Notes: generated by a model not told the origin, from the letters alone. A stretch of 64,000 nucleotides of DNA from the human T2T-CHM13v2.0 reference genome, Homo sapiens (GCF_009914755.1 NC_060933.1), one strand, 5' to 3'; positions 1-17,068 are shown, counted from the stretch's first letter. Made by a program: numbers and translations.

Positions 1-492
1 GTGCTAGTTTCGGTACTACCCTAGGGAACCTTCTTTGAACCCCTCTGAGGCCGTATGCATATTTATCTCCTTTGCCTGAAGGGAGGTGGGTCTTACCCTC
101 TCTTCCACCAAATTAGAGTAGATTTCTGTCTTTTGCACATTCCTTCCTCTATCCATCCAGTCAGCAAATAAATCTCACCCTAGGGCAAGATTATTACCAA
201 AACCAGCACCAGTTCTACTGCTCTCCTACCTCTGGATTCCTGCCCTGTGGTTTTTCAGAAGCCTTCTCAGTGCTCTTAGTCCATGGTGCATGGTGATCAC
301 AGCTTCCTCCTAGTCAACTCAATTCTGTAACTTTGTATTTGGACCTATGAAATGTAACTAATTTCTACTTCTGGGTGGAAAGATTTACAAGGGCTTCCTG
401 GAAGAGGTAGCTAAGTTGCCTTTTGGCAGATGGAACTGAGGCAGAACTCTTAGGGGGAACAGTGGAGGGACTGCTGCTTGGATAGGCTCTAG

Positions 493-949
<457 letters not shown>

Positions 950-1294
950 TGAGCTCATGGATGATGCTCATAGCTTTGAGAGCCATGAACTGCTGAACCT
1001 CTTGTGGTCAAGGCAGTGGGTGTTCGTTCATTCAACAAATATTTATTCAGGGCCTTCTATGTTCAGAAACTCTCTTTGAGGTACTAGGACATAGAGAAGT
1101 CAGACTTATGGTGCTTCTGTTCCAGTGGTGGGGGAGACAGATACCCAAAAAGGTAAACAAACACATAATATATAGTCAGAGAGTTATAAGTGCAAGGGAG
1201 AAAAATAAAGCAAAGTAAGAGATTGGGTGAGGAGGGAGATGGTCAGGGAAGACCTCTCTGAAGAGATGACATCTGAATGCAGTTGGGGAGTGAG

Positions 1295-1317
1295 ACACAC
1301 ACACACACACACACACA
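1295..1317. repeat. (AC)n microsatellite
   Basis: Direct reading. Confidence 0.95.
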
Positions 1318-1916
1318 GACTGGTGGAAACGGAACTGCAGGTGCAAAGGCACTGAAGTCAGGACAAGTTTGGTACATTTAAGGAACAGAAAGAAGGCCAG
1401 CATGGATAGAGGTAGAAAGTGATGTTGGAGAAATAAGCTGAGTCACATCAGGTGGGGCTAGGTTGGCTAAGCTAAGAAGCCTGATGTCATTGTGAGTGTA
1501 CTGAAAGCCATTGGAGGGTTTTGAGTAGGGGCATGACCTGGTCTGATTTCCTTACAAAAGGTGGCTCTGGCTAGCTGGGGGGTTGGGGGTGCAGGGTACC
1601 CAGTTAAGAGGTTCTAACAGTGGTTCCTGTGAGAGATCATGGCAACCTGGATAGAATAACTGGAGTAGAGGTGACCAGAGGAGAGAGAGAGACTTTGGAG
1701 ATGGGGTTGATAGGACTCACTAATGGAATTGATGTGGGGTTGGAGACAAACTCCTGGGTTTTTGGTCTGGGTAACAGGTGAATGATTGATGGTGCTGCTT
1801 AATGAATGAGGATAACTTGGCAGAGAGCAGTTCTGGACAGAACAGAAGGTATGGACAGTCAGGCAGCTGAGTATGACGGAGGACCAAGAGTGTGTGCGCC
1901 AGAAAGTGGTTATAAC

Positions 1917-2617
<701 letters not shown>

Positions 2618-3053
2618 TCACCAGCAACATATAATGATTCTAATCTTAAATGTTTCTAAATAATATAGCCTGAGAATATTCATAGAGCAAAAATTTGTTT
2701 TAAAGTTATTATAATGATAGGCTGGGGTTCTGGGATGAAGACGGAGGTGAGGTCACAGAAGGGGATGATGGACAGTGAAAGGTAGTCCCACTAGTGTGTT
2801 GGTGGCCTCAACTGAGCTGTTGCTGGAATAGGTATCCTAGAATTAGGGAGTGAGAAGGATAGGGCATGGTGGGGAGAGTGTGGATCCTTGAAATGGAGAT
2901 TTAGGAGGTGGTACAGTTTTTGATAATGATGAGATCTGGGCTATGACCATGGGAGTGGGTGGCTGACATGTGGTAACAGGAGAAAATCACTGGGATGGAG
3001 TGAATGGCTCAGGTACATGGACCAAGATGCCACAAGCGTTGTTTGTGTTGCAG

Positions 3054-3152
3054 AACAAGATTGTGGACCAGTGTGAGAGGCTGCAGTTACAGAGTGCTGC
3101 CATCACCAAGTATGTGGCGGACGTCCTGCCGGGGAAGAATCAAAGAGCAGTG
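3054..3152 (+). CDS. BSPRY: BSPRY internal coding exon (99 nt, start of coiled coil; NKIVDQCERLQLQSAAITKYVADVLPGKNQRAV)
   Basis: ttgcag|AAC acceptor and GTG|gtaatt donor; phase 0/0; joins in frame to 9313. Confidence 0.93.
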
Positions 3153-3669
3153 GTAATTCCTCTTCTTTCCTCTCTACTCAGCCCCCTCCCAGGATAAGGC
3201 CTTAGACTTAGGGACTTGGGCAAGTCTAGGGTCCCTTACCAACCTCACAGACTCATTGTGCTACTAGCAAAGCTTCTCATCCCTCAGAGACTCAATTTTA
3301 CCATCTGGGCAGGGTGGGCTTGTTCCTGTACCATACTTGGTGCAAAGACTCTGCTAGCAAATGACTTTCTTGGGTATCTTGGCATAGGGGATCAAGAAGG
3401 GTCGTATTCTTCTACCATCTGGTCATTTTCTGCCCAGCTGCAGAATTATAAAATAACCTAGGACTTTTACATTGAATATTCTCTGTGACAATCTTATGAA
3501 GTAGATAGCAGTAACATCCCCATTTACAAATAGGAAAATGGGTCCTTATAGAGGTTAAAGAGGTTAACTGACCTGTCCAAGGACCCCATAGCCTCCTGGC
3601 AGTCGGTTCTGTGACCTGGATCTTCTGTCTCCTAGGCTAGTGCTCCTTCTGCTGCATCCCACTGCTGAT

Positions 3670-3971
3670 TCTTTTTTTTAATTTTTTTTCTTTTTGAGAT
3701 GGGGCCTCACTCTGTTGCCCAGGCTGGAGTGCAGTGGTGTGATCTTGGCCCACAGTAACCCCTGGTTCAAGCAATTCTCCTGCCTCAGCCTCCCAAAGTG
3801 CTGGGATTACAGATGCCTGCCACCATGAGTGGCTAACTTTGTAAATTTTTAGTAGAGACGGGGTTTTACCATATTGACCAGGCTGGTCTCGAACTCCTGG
3901 GCTTAAGCCAACCTCCCTCCTTGGCCTTCCAAAGTACTAGGATTACAGGTGTGAGCCGCCATGCCTGGCCT
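3670..3971 (-). mobile_element. Alu
   Basis: Alu consensus in reverse. Confidence 0.88.
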
Positions 3972-4431
3972 CCACTGCAGATTTTTTTATTCAGTGGACT
4001 CATTACCACTGCTGTGTCATCACTTTCAAGTATGCCTATCAGGGGCAGAGCCTATGAATTTCTTTCTGCATATCCCCTCCCTCCTTTCCCTATAGTACAC
4101 GGAACAGACTTGGTACCACATTAGTCAGAGTTCTTTTAATTGCATGGAACAGAACCCAGTTGAACAAGTATAAGCAAAATGGGGCATTTCCTGACAGGAC
4201 ACTAGGGGTCCTCTTAGGACCTAAAAGGGGCTAGACCAGGAACCAGAAAGCTGCTAGGAGTCCAGGCAGCTACTTGGTGCCCATCTATGCTTTGCTTTTG
4301 CATGATGGTCTCCATCTCCCTCCCCTGCCCTCTTCCCCTCTTCTTCTTTATCCTTTTTATTTTCTTGTCTTACTGCACTGGTTATGACCTTAGTACTGTG
4401 TTAAATAGAAGCTAGTGTGGCAAATCCTGGC

Positions 4432-4729
4432 TTTTTTTTTTTTTTGAGACAGAGTTTCACTCTTGTTGCTCAGACTGGAGTGCAATGGCGCGATCTCGGC
4501 TCACTGAAACCTCCGTCTCCTGGGTTCGAGCGATTCTCCTGCTTCAGCCTCCCGTGTAGCTGGGATTACAAGCGCCCACCACGACACCCAGCTAATTTTT
4601 TGTATTTTTAGTAGAGATGGAGTTTCACCATGTTGGCCAGGCTGTTCTTGAACTCCTGACCTTAGGTGATCTGCCCACCTCGGCCTCCCAAAGTGCTGGG
4701 ATTACAGGCGTGAGCCACTGTGCCTGGCC
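4432..4729 (-). mobile_element. AluS-like
   Basis: Alu consensus; flanking direct repeat caaatcctg. Confidence 0.9.
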
Positions 4730-5036
4730 CGACAAATCCTGACTTTAAGAGGAAAGCTACCAATATTTCACCAGTTATTTATTTAACAAATCTTTATTGA
4801 GCACCTACCATGTGCCAGATACTGTTGTTCAATGGGTTAGGCATTCTCCAGTGAACAAAACAGAAATTCCTATTTTCATGAAGCCTACATTCTTGTCACA
4901 GAAGAGGGACAGTAACAAAATCTATGTTATGTCCGAAGGTGATATGTGCTATGGGGAAATATAAAACAGAAAGGGGAATAGGACGGGTTGCAATTACATG
5001 TGCTGTGACCAGGAATGACTTCATTAAGAAGGTTGA

Positions 5037-5362
<326 letters not shown>

Positions 5363-6697
5363 TTATAGGCGGCAAAGGTTAAAGCAGGGAGACCAGTTAG
5401 GAAGCCATTGTAATAATCCAGGTGGGAAACAAGTGTGGTCTGGACCCAAGCAATGGTGGCAAAGCTAGTGAGAAGTGGCTAGATTCTGCATATATTTTGA
5501 AGAGGCAACAGGATTTGCTGATGGACTAGATGTAGGCTATGAAAGAAAGAGGGGAGGTGTCAGGATAATGCTGAAGTTTTTTTATTTGAGCAACTGGCAG
5601 GATGGAGCAGCCATGAACTGGGTGGGGGAAGGACTGCATGTGGAGTGATGGTTGGCGGAGGCAGGGAGGGGAGTGGGGGAGAGCAGGCATGCTAAGTTGT
5701 TGTGGGCATGTTATGTTTGAGATACCTATTTGACATCCAAGTGAAGGTGCTGAGTAGGTAGCTGCATATATGAGTTGGGAGAGGGCTGGGTTGGAGATAT
5801 AAATTTGGGATTTATCAGTGTATAAATAGTATTGAAAGCCGTGGGAGAGGATGACATCACTAAGTGAATGAGTGTAGACACGAAAGAGCAGCGGTCCAAA
5901 GACTGAGCCCTAGGGCACTTCACCTCCTATTGAGAAGACAGAAGGAACCAGCGAACGGGGACCAAGAAATCAGCTAATGAAACGGAAGTAAACTAAGAGA
6001 GCAGAGTGTCCCAGCATGGGTTCCAAGGAGGTGGGAGAGATCACTGCTCTCAAATGGTGTATATTTATTTAACTATCTTATCACAGGCATAGATTCATGT
6101 GATTACTACCACAATTAAAATACAGAACAGTTCCATCACTAGGACTCCTTGTGCTACCCTTTTATAGCCACATGTACCCTTTCCTATCCCCTTGTATTAT
6201 TAATACAAAATTTCTGAATTTGGATTGCTAATCTCAGTAAAGCATTTTTTATTTTTGTTTTAGGATTTTTGCTTGTATGCTCAGGAGTGAGATTAGTCTA
6301 TGAATTTCATTTCTTGTACAGTCCTCATCAGATTTGGTATCAAGGTTATGTGAGCCTTATTCAATGGATTGGAAAACAGAACTCTTTTTTCTTAAGGGTT
6401 TACTTAAGATAAAGTTGTTCTTAGTTTTGATCAAAGTTGCCACAGGTTTGACTGTTAGTCTTTAGAACCAGCTTCTAGTATTTTTGGTCTACTCTTTTGT
6501 ATCTTTGTCTTAATTTCATTATTATTTCTTTCTCTTTTTTTAGACAAAGTCTCACTCCATTGCCCAGGCTGAAATGCAGTGGCGCAATCATAGCTCACTG
6601 CAGCCTTGAACTCCTGGGCTCAAGTGATCCTGCTGCCTTGGCCTCCCAAACTGCTTGGATTACCAGCATGACCCGGTACTGTGCCTGGCCTGTAGAG

Positions 6698-6700
<3 letters not shown>

Positions 6701-6749
<49 letters not shown>
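6701..6749. repeat. (TA)24 microsatellite
   Basis: Direct reading. Confidence 0.95.
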
Positions 6750-6753
<4 letters not shown>

Positions 6754-6769
6754 ATTAAGCTTATTCATT

Positions 6770-7532
<763 letters not shown>

Positions 7533-7658
7533 TGAGAATGACTAGAGTCTTTTAGGCAGGAATCAGAATCTGATTCATCTTGGGTGAGGATCTGTTTTGA
7601 TCCAGGATCACACAGTACAACCATGGTTTCAGGGGCTCACCCTGTGGGTAAGGCATTA

Positions 7659-7892
<234 letters not shown>

Positions 7893-8545
7893 TTATTGAA
7901 CACATAATGTAGCAGGCTTTGTTCTACTTACTTTATATATATTAACACATTTAACCCTCACTATAGCCTTATGAGGTAGGTACTATTATTATCCTCATTT
8001 TACAGATTAGAAAATAGAGGCATAGGGAAGATAAGGAATATGTTCTAAGTTCCACAGCTAATGAGCGGAGCAGTTAAGATTTAAATCTACACACTACCTC
8101 TAAAGCTTAATTTCCTGACCACTATGTTATGTTGCCTCAAGAGCACACTATAAACTTGGAGTCTTACCTTCTGGGTTCACTTGCCATTCACTTAGCTAGT
8201 CTCTCCTCCCTGTAAGGCAAACTGTGGGTCTCAGTGTTTTCTGTAAAATAGGAATGATTGCCCTGTGCACTGTACAAAGCAGGTCTTAAGGGACAGGGCA
8301 TAGGGAAAGCTGCTGGCTGTCCCTGACTTTCTGACATGAAGGAGGCAGTTCTATTCCCACTTGTCTGGCAAGAGTACAAGTGCAGCTGCCTTATGCAACA
8401 GGTGCCTTTGGGAAGGATTGGTTGCCAGGTGGCATCTGGTGTAGGGGAATGGGACTGGACTGAGAGTCAAGAGAATTGGGTTCGAGTCTCAGCTTTGCTA
8501 CTGAATTGCCATGTGAGCACTATGAAGAGATCTTTTACTAAGTCA

Positions 8546-8749
<204 letters not shown>

Positions 8750-9312
8750 CTAAGAATTACAAGAAGACACCTGTTAATTGTCTGAGAATTGATTTCAGGC
8801 CTCTTCTGTGGCAGATAAAAATTCTACCACATAACCAGTTGAAATGGACAGTTTTAGGAAGTCATCAGTTTTTTCCCTCAAACATGGTGAAATATCAACT
8901 GTACCACTGCTGGTATGGATCCTGCTGATGGGGATGACTTTTTAGGCCCTCTGCTCTGCAATTCTGTGATTCTCTGACCTTGATCCTTTGACCTTGTATT
9001 CCCAACTGTGATTAAGCAGAGTATTCTAGTTGGGCTCTAAGTCCTGCCCAGGTCTTCCATTATGTGATCATGGCTCCCTGAGATATGGCCTATGTGTCTG
9101 CATCTCAAATTTCTTTACCCTAAACCATATTTGGGAAGTCTTGGGGCAGAGATGTCAAAGTAAAAGGCTTACATGCTATTATTTCCATTACTAAGCCCGT
9201 GGCAGACATTGCTAATCAATCTCAACACTCCTTTCCACTGAGCCTAAACCCTCTTAAATCCTGACCGGGGCTTTGCACAGACCACCCAACTCCTCATTTT
9301 ATCCCTCATTAG

Positions 9313-9543
9313 AGCATGGCCAGTGCAGCGAGGGAACTGGTTATCCAGCGGTTGAGTCTGGTGAGGAGTCTTTGCGAGAGCGAGGAGCAGCGGTTACTGG
9401 AACAGGTGCATGGCGAAGAGGAGCGGGCCCACCAGAGCATCCTGACACAGCGGGTGCACTGGGCCGAGGCGCTGCAGAAACTTGACACCATCCGCACTGG
9501 CCTGGTGGGCATGCTTACTCACCTGGATGACCTCCAGCTGATT
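9313..9543 (+). CDS. BSPRY: BSPRY coiled-coil exon (231 nt; SMASAARELVIQRL...DDLQLI)
   Basis: cattag|AGC acceptor, ATT|gtaagt donor; heptad-rich helical sequence; 77 codons. Confidence 0.95.
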
Positions 9544-9661
9544 GTAAGTCAGGCAAGGGTGAGGGCATGACCAGTTGGCCAGGCTCCCCAAAAGCCTGAA
9601 AATATCGAGAATGTTTGTCGGTATGAGGAGGGTGGAAATGAGAATTTGGAGCAGGGATGAG

Positions 9662-10127
9662 TGACAAAGATTCTTTGCTTGGCCAAACTTTAGTCAGGCT
9701 TCTGAGCCTTCTCCCAGGCCCATCTGTGCACTTCATTATAAAATCCAGTTTTTGCAAAATAACCCTGCTAAGTCAGTGTAGCCAGAAACCCCCATCCTTG
9801 ATATCTGATCATCCTTGATATCTGATCAGGTTCCTCATCCACCACCATCCCCTAGGTGATGTCTGATCACTGTGTTCTGTCTGCAGCAAGAATCCTGTTA
9901 GGTAGGTTTAGCCATAATCCCCCTTACCCCCAATGTTTCCTCTTAGTAATTTTCCATCCACTAACCCCCAACCCTGCTCCTTAGCTATAAATTCCTACCT
10001 GCCCACGCTGTATTCAGAGTTGAACCCAGTCTCTCTCCCATTGCAAGACCCCATTGCAATGAGGTCTTGAATAAAGTCTGCCTTACTGTGCTCTAACAGG
10101 TATCATTGAATAATTTCTTCTCTGACA
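9662..10127 (+). mobile_element. Solo ERV1 LTR (MER31-like)
   Basis: TG...CA termini, 4-bp TSD TGAG, TATAAA at 9986, AATAAA at 10070. Confidence 0.8.
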
Positions 10128-10978
10128 TGAGGCAAGGGAATAAAACTATGTTTCTTTGGCACTGATAATAGTTTTCTTTTGATAGTGAGTCATTGTATAC
10201 TGAGTGCCTATTATATGTGAAGCACTGTGCTATGGGGCAGAGTAACGAGATGCAGCTGTCAGCTGCTCCCAGCCTTACAAAGGAGACAAATACACTGGCT
10301 GACAATTAGGATATGGAAGGATATGTGCTATGGTAGAGGAACTCACCCATGCTAGGGACGGACAATCCAGGCTAGGGGAAAGAGGGGTCAGGGAAGGTTC
10401 CCGGATGAAGCGACTTAGAAGCTGATGCCTGAAAGATAAGAAAACTAGCTGTGTCAAAGGAAGTGAGGAGGTGGAAAGAGTTCAGGAGCATGTAGAGAGA
10501 ACACTGTGCTCCGGGGAGCTGACAAGGTCTTCGATATGAAAACACAGAGCTCATCCTTAATCCTACCACCCAGAAATCACCATGATTCATATTTGGTACA
10601 TAGCCTTTCAAAGTATTTTATATAGATAGGCAGCTGCCTGCAGTTTTGAGGGGAGAAGGTGGCATCTGAGTCACAAGCAGAGGAAAGAGAATGTGGAACA
10701 CCTGAGCTGTCCCACTGCCTCTGCAAGTAGGGCAGTTTCTATGACTGCTCGAAACTGTGCATTCATTTAGTCACAGCATCCATGGACAGAGCATGCTCTT
10801 TCACAGACACTGGGACAGTCACAATAGAAGACTCAGAAAGAGTCGCAGCCGTCCAGGAGCTAACAGTCTTCATGGGAGATGCTGTTGGGTGAACAGGCGA
10901 TGGTCCTGAGTGGAGTTGAGGGGAATCCAGGATGCCCTGGGACATGGGGTAGAGTGATTCATTCTGAGCATGTGTTAT

Positions 10979-10980
<2 letters not shown>

Positions 10981-11024
<44 letters not shown>
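10981..11024. repeat. (GT)22 microsatellite
   Basis: Direct reading. Confidence 0.95.
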
Positions 11025-11027
<3 letters not shown>

Positions 11028-11178
11028 ATAGCCTAGAAAGCTTTATGCTGGTCTTAAAGACTAGAAGTTTTTATTCTAGAGTCCACATGGAGCCCTTTCT
11101 GGTAGTTAAATCTGTCTTAGCATTGACTCCCTGCTGGGTATCTGGTGCCAAGCTTGACTTTGTTTTCTTTTCTCACAG

Positions 11179-11204
11179 CAGAAGGAGCAAGAGATTTTCG
11201 AGAG
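11179..11204 (+). CDS. BSPRY: BSPRY 26-nt micro-exon (QKEQEIFE R)
   Basis: Polypyrimidine tract then cacag|CAG; GAG|gtgagt donor; needed to keep frame into 17069. Confidence 0.9.
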
Positions 11205-11973
11205 GTGAGTATAGACCCCGTGATTTGACTGGGTAGTCTTGGAGACCCTTAGACCTCTTCACACTCCACTGCCTTCAGCCCTGCTGCTCTTGGGAGAATG
11301 CACAGGGTGTGCAGCTGAGTGGCTTTTCTGGAGCCTGGCTCTGTGGACAGGGAATGTCTCTGCCCTTGGCTTAGAGAACTGCTTTAAAACACATGGAAAG
11401 GCAGTGGAATACTTAGTAATCCAAGGCTTGCCACTGCTTTCTTAAACTTCCTCTGTAAAAAGGTAGTCACCCTGTTGGAGGGTTTTACCACCTCCATGTG
11501 CAGATGAAAATGTTGAGATTCTAAAAGGGGAAGGGATCTCCCTAAGCCTGGAACCAGGGGTTGGACCCATCTAACACCTGCCCCGGTACTGTTGCCTCTG
11601 CCTCACTTCTCCTTTCCCTGATGGAGGAATCTTTGAAACTTAAGTCTGCATTACCATTCAGATTTTGCATTTTAGCTCTTCAGTAATAAAAGAATTTCAC
11701 CAGGTCCTGCCTGAGTTCTAAAAGAGCTGAGGGCCTGAGGAAGTGGCCAAGAGGATATAATTTGCCAGGCAGAGTAATTCACAAACCTTCTGTGTGAAAT
11801 TTCAGAGTTATACTTAGGGAACACAGTCCATTCTTCTTATTTATTTACTTATTTTTCTGTATTTCAATGGGTATAAATTATTTATTTTTATATTGAAGTT
11901 TCAATAGTAATACATGTGCATGAGAGAAAAAAAATCCACCAATATAAAGCCATTTAAAATGAAAAATGAATCT

Positions 11974-12685
11974 TGCTGGGCATGGTGTCTTACACCTGTA
12001 ATTCCAGCACTTTGGGAGGCCAAGGCAGGATGGTAGCTTGAAGCTAGGAGTTTGAGACCAGCCTGGGCAATACAATAAGACCTGATATCTACAAAAAAAA
12101 AATTAGCCATGCTTCGTGCTGAGAGCCTATAGTCCCAGCTTCTCAGAAGGCTGAGACAGGAGCATCACTTGAACCTGGGTGGTTGAGGCTACAGTGAGCT
12201 GTGCTCACACCACTGCACTCAGCCTGGGCAACAGAGTAAGACCCTGTCTCAAAGAAAAAGAAAAAAGAAAAAGAAAAATGAGTCTGCATTACCCTTTCCC
12301 AATCCTATTCCCTGACAGTGATGGGTTTGAACAGATGTGCATTTGTGGACTTATATATAGTCATAGGAGGGTATGTGGCGGTTTTTTGGTTGTTGTCTTA
12401 AAAATGTTTTTTAGGCCCGGTGGCTCATGCCTATAATCCCAGCACTTTGGGAGGCCGAGGAAGGTGGATCACTTGAGGTCAGGAGTTCAAAACCAGCCTG
12501 GGCCAAGATAGTGAAATCCTGTCTCTACTAAAAATACAAAAATTAGGTGTGGTGGTGTGTGCCTGTAGTCCCAGCTACTCAGGAGGCTGAGGCAGGAGAA
12601 TCTCTTGAACCCAGGAGGCGGAGGTTGCAGTGAGCTGAGATGCGCCACTGCACTCCAGCCTGGGTGACAGAGTGAGACTCCACCT

Positions 12686-12720
<35 letters not shown>

Positions 12721-13020
12721 GGGCGTGATGACTCACGCCTGTAATCCCATCACTTAGGGAGGCCTAGGCAGGCAGATCGCTTGAGGTCAGGAGTTCACAA
12801 CCAGCCTGGCCAATATGGCGAAAGAAACCTATTAAAAATACAAAAATTAGCTAGGTGCGGTAGCGTACCCCTGTAATCTCAGTTACTGGGGAAGCTGAGG
12901 CAAGAGGATCACTTGAGCCCAGGAGGCGGAGGTTATAGTGAGCTGAGAGCCTGCCACTGCACTCCAGACTGGGTGATGGGAGTGAAACCCTGTCTCAAAA
13001 AAAACAAAAAAATCAAAACA
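11974..13020 (+). mobile_element. Three co-oriented Alus
   Basis: Alu consensus at ~11974, ~12414 and ~12718. Confidence 0.88.
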
Positions 13021-13299
13021 CAGATAGGATCATTTTATACCTGTTGTTGTGAAACTTGTTAGGCTATCTGGGACATCTTTCCACATCAGTACATTTACAT
13101 TCACGTCACTTTTTTGAAAGTTTGTGAAATATTGCAGTGTAGACGGATCATATTTATTTTACTGTCTCCTAACGCATGCTTGGCTTGTTCCCACTTCTCC
13201 CCTTGTACAATCTTTTCACACTTCTGCCCATCTTCTCTATCTCCTTTATCTTTGTCATCTTCCTTTAATACAGTGTGTCCTTAATATCAAGCTGATCTG

Positions 13300-14460
13300 A
13301 TTTTTTAATTGATCTTTAATTTTTTATTCAAATGATTCATTTATTCAAATGATTTCAAACTTAGAAAAAAGTTGCAAAGGTAGTATAACGAGCTTCACGT
13401 AGAAAATATCAATTGTTGACATTTTGCCACATTCATTGTCGCTCGTTCTCTCTGTCTTCCTATTTATCTATCTAGTATATATGTTAGAAACTTATTTTTT
13501 TATGGTATATTTGAGGGTAAATTCCAGAAAACATGAATTTTTCTTTCAAGATACTTCAGCATGTTTCTCCTAGAAACAAAGACATTCCCTTACATCACCC
13601 CAGTGTAAATTAAGGAAATTTAACATTGATATAATACTATAATCTAATACACAGTCCATATCCAACTGTTGCCAATTGTGCAAAAGTTCTTAATAGTGTT
13701 TTATTTTGTTTTCCTAATTCAGCTGTCTTTTTAAGTCTAGAATTATTCCTTAGCTTGTTTTTTTTTTTTTTTTTAACATTTTTAAAGAGTCAAGGCCAGT
13801 TTTATAGGATCTCCTTCAGTTGGGTTTATCTGATGTTATCTTATGATTAGATTCAAGTTATACATTTTTAGCAGGAATACTTCATAAGTGATCTGTCTTC
13901 AGTTCATCATATCTGGGGGCACATGATGTCCCTTTGTCCGTTATCAAGGATGTCAATTTTGAGCACTTGGATGTCTGCCAGGTTTCCTCATTATAAAGTT
14001 ATGCTTTTCCTTTTATAATTAATAAGCAGTCTGTGAGGAGACACTTTCTGCATATATATCCTGTGTCCCTTCAGACTTTCTCCCAATAGTTTTAGCATCC
14101 ATTGGTCACTCCTGCCTGAATTATTCCTTTTATTTGCTTGTTTGTTCCCTTATTCAATATTAATACAGACTGATGGATTCTTATTTTATTCAGTGCATTA
14201 TAATCTGTCACTGTTATTACTAATTTTGACATTCAGACTGTCCCAGATTTGGCCTGTAGAAGCCCTTTCAAGCTGGACCCTGTGTCCTTTTGAAAAGTTC
14301 CCATCATTCTTTGAGCACTTTCTTGCTCTCTTTCACAAGAAGCACAAGAAGAAAACCCCAGCTCAACTTGTGCTTTTCCTGCCCCTGAATCAGCTGCTTC
14401 TCCAGGGCACCTGGTTGTTTTTAGTGGAGAATGATATTTAGAAACCAAGATCTGAGCATT
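13300..14460 (-). mobile_element. Old L1M-type 3' remnant
   Basis: AT-rich with recognisable L1M 3'UTR motifs (gaaaaaagttgcaaa, gaaaccaagatctg). Confidence 0.55.
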
Positions 14461-14532
14461 AAGGGTACTCAGTGACCTTGCTTCTAGGCCTCACTCAGCT
14501 CACTCAGCATATAGCAGATGGAACTAGGAAGG

Positions 14533-14578
14533 GAGAAAGAGAAAGAGAGAGAGAGAGAGAGTGTGTGTGTGTGTGTGT
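14533..14578. repeat. Compound (GA)n(GT)n microsatellite
   Basis: Direct reading. Confidence 0.9.
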
Positions 14579-14588
14579 AGCTGTTTGA

Positions 14589-14939
<351 letters not shown>

Positions 14940-16568
14940 TAACACCTCAAGGTTTTTCCTTTGCCCTCTCCCTTTCTACATTTGTACCTTTTGTTATTTT
15001 ACAGTGAGGACTCCAGCCCCCAACAACATCAGTATTTGCTCAGTCCTACAATACATACAAAGTTGTCCGAGCATTGCTAAGCCCATACTACTATTGAAAG
15101 GCCTATCCATAGAGTTCCAGATTTGTCTGTAGTTCTTTATGCCCCCAGGCTGAGCGAATATACTCTCAAAGTAGTGTTCAAAAGTTGTGAAGCCCCATCT
15201 AGCCGGAAACTCACTTATCTGAGAAGTGCCTTGTTGGCTCTGGTGTTTCCACGCTTGTAGCTGGGCTCAACTCTGACTGGACACTGCAGCAGATCCTGCC
15301 GCACCATCTGGGCATTCTGATCCTGGCCAGGGCCTGCTGTGTTCAGGCCCTTTTTCATTTCCACCCCTTTGGGGCCATGAGTTTTGTCTTCGGTACCATA
15401 GGGCAGCTAGCCCGGGTGGTTCGCTGTAGACTTCACTATGTTCAGCCTCACATTTGCCCTGGGATGACAGCTTAGCACCGCTGACATCAGCTCCTCTTTC
15501 TTCCCCACCTGTTGGCGGGAGCTCCTGCGTTCTGAGAAGATGGCAATAGACCCTCTGTTGTCCTGACCACAAAGAGCCTTTGTTACTAGAGCTTGCTCCC
15601 AGCATTTCTAAGGTTCTGTTCACCTTATACCTCCCAAGACAGAACAGTGACAGTCTTGCAAAGAGCCATCAGGGCACATGCCCCACCCCTGTGCCCACTC
15701 CATTTATGCACAGAGCCATGAGATATGGGGAGAGAGTGTGTGTACTCGGAACCACTGCCTGATCTCAACGCCATCTTCAGGATTGGAGGCAGTAGGAAAG
15801 GTCTTTCTCAGCACCTAGGTCAAAAGGCTGCAAAGCTCCATGGTAAACCCCTACTTTGCCCTATATTCCTTTGAGATTTCACTTCAGGTCAAGGAAAAAA
15901 TTATGTTGAATGCTGCCTGGGCTTCATCCCAGTTTTGTTCTATTTTTGCATGGAGGCATGACTTGAATCTAGCTCCCCTTTTTAGCTCTGAATCTGTTCT
16001 GTCCTGTTAAATCAGATAACCACTACCTCCCAGGTTATAGCAAAGTTGAGGTATGATTCTGTAGAGAAAACAGCAAACCCAGGCCCTCACTGCTGATACA
16101 TGGCAGTTTTCAACTCCTAGGCATCATATTGTCCCAAAATACCTCTCCAGCAAAACCCAGCCCCCATTGTGAGCTGAGGGGAGAGTTATTGAGAGCACAC
16201 AGTGCCATGATTCATTTGTGGCTGGGGTGATAACTGATGGCCCTTTCCTCTGTGGACCCCTCAGGTGTTTGCATTTTTAAAGTAGAGGAGTGGCTGTACC
16301 TTCTGACAAAACCCAGGGAAACATGACTGCCCCAACAGGTCTGAGAGGGAGGTGAGATATTTTCCAGGCAAGGGCAAGATGTTGGAGTAGAAAGACTATC
16401 GTGCAGGGGTTCCAGAGGCCCAGGAGGTCTTAGCCCCAGCTCTGCCATTAACTTACTGAGGGACTCTGGCAAGTTGCTTCCTCTGCAGAGCACACCACCT
16501 TCAATTTCTAATACTGGCACCAAGAACACATCTTCCTATAAACTGTCCACCAGCTTTGCTAAAATTAA

Positions 16569-16943
<375 letters not shown>

Positions 16944-17068
16944 CTAGCTGCCAATCTTGGTATCGCCTGATAGGAGATTTTACTTCTGTTCTTCTCTTCA
17001 CCCCATATTGATCCAGATATATTTCCAGAACCATCCTGAATCTCTGTCTCTGTTTTTCCCCATATAAG

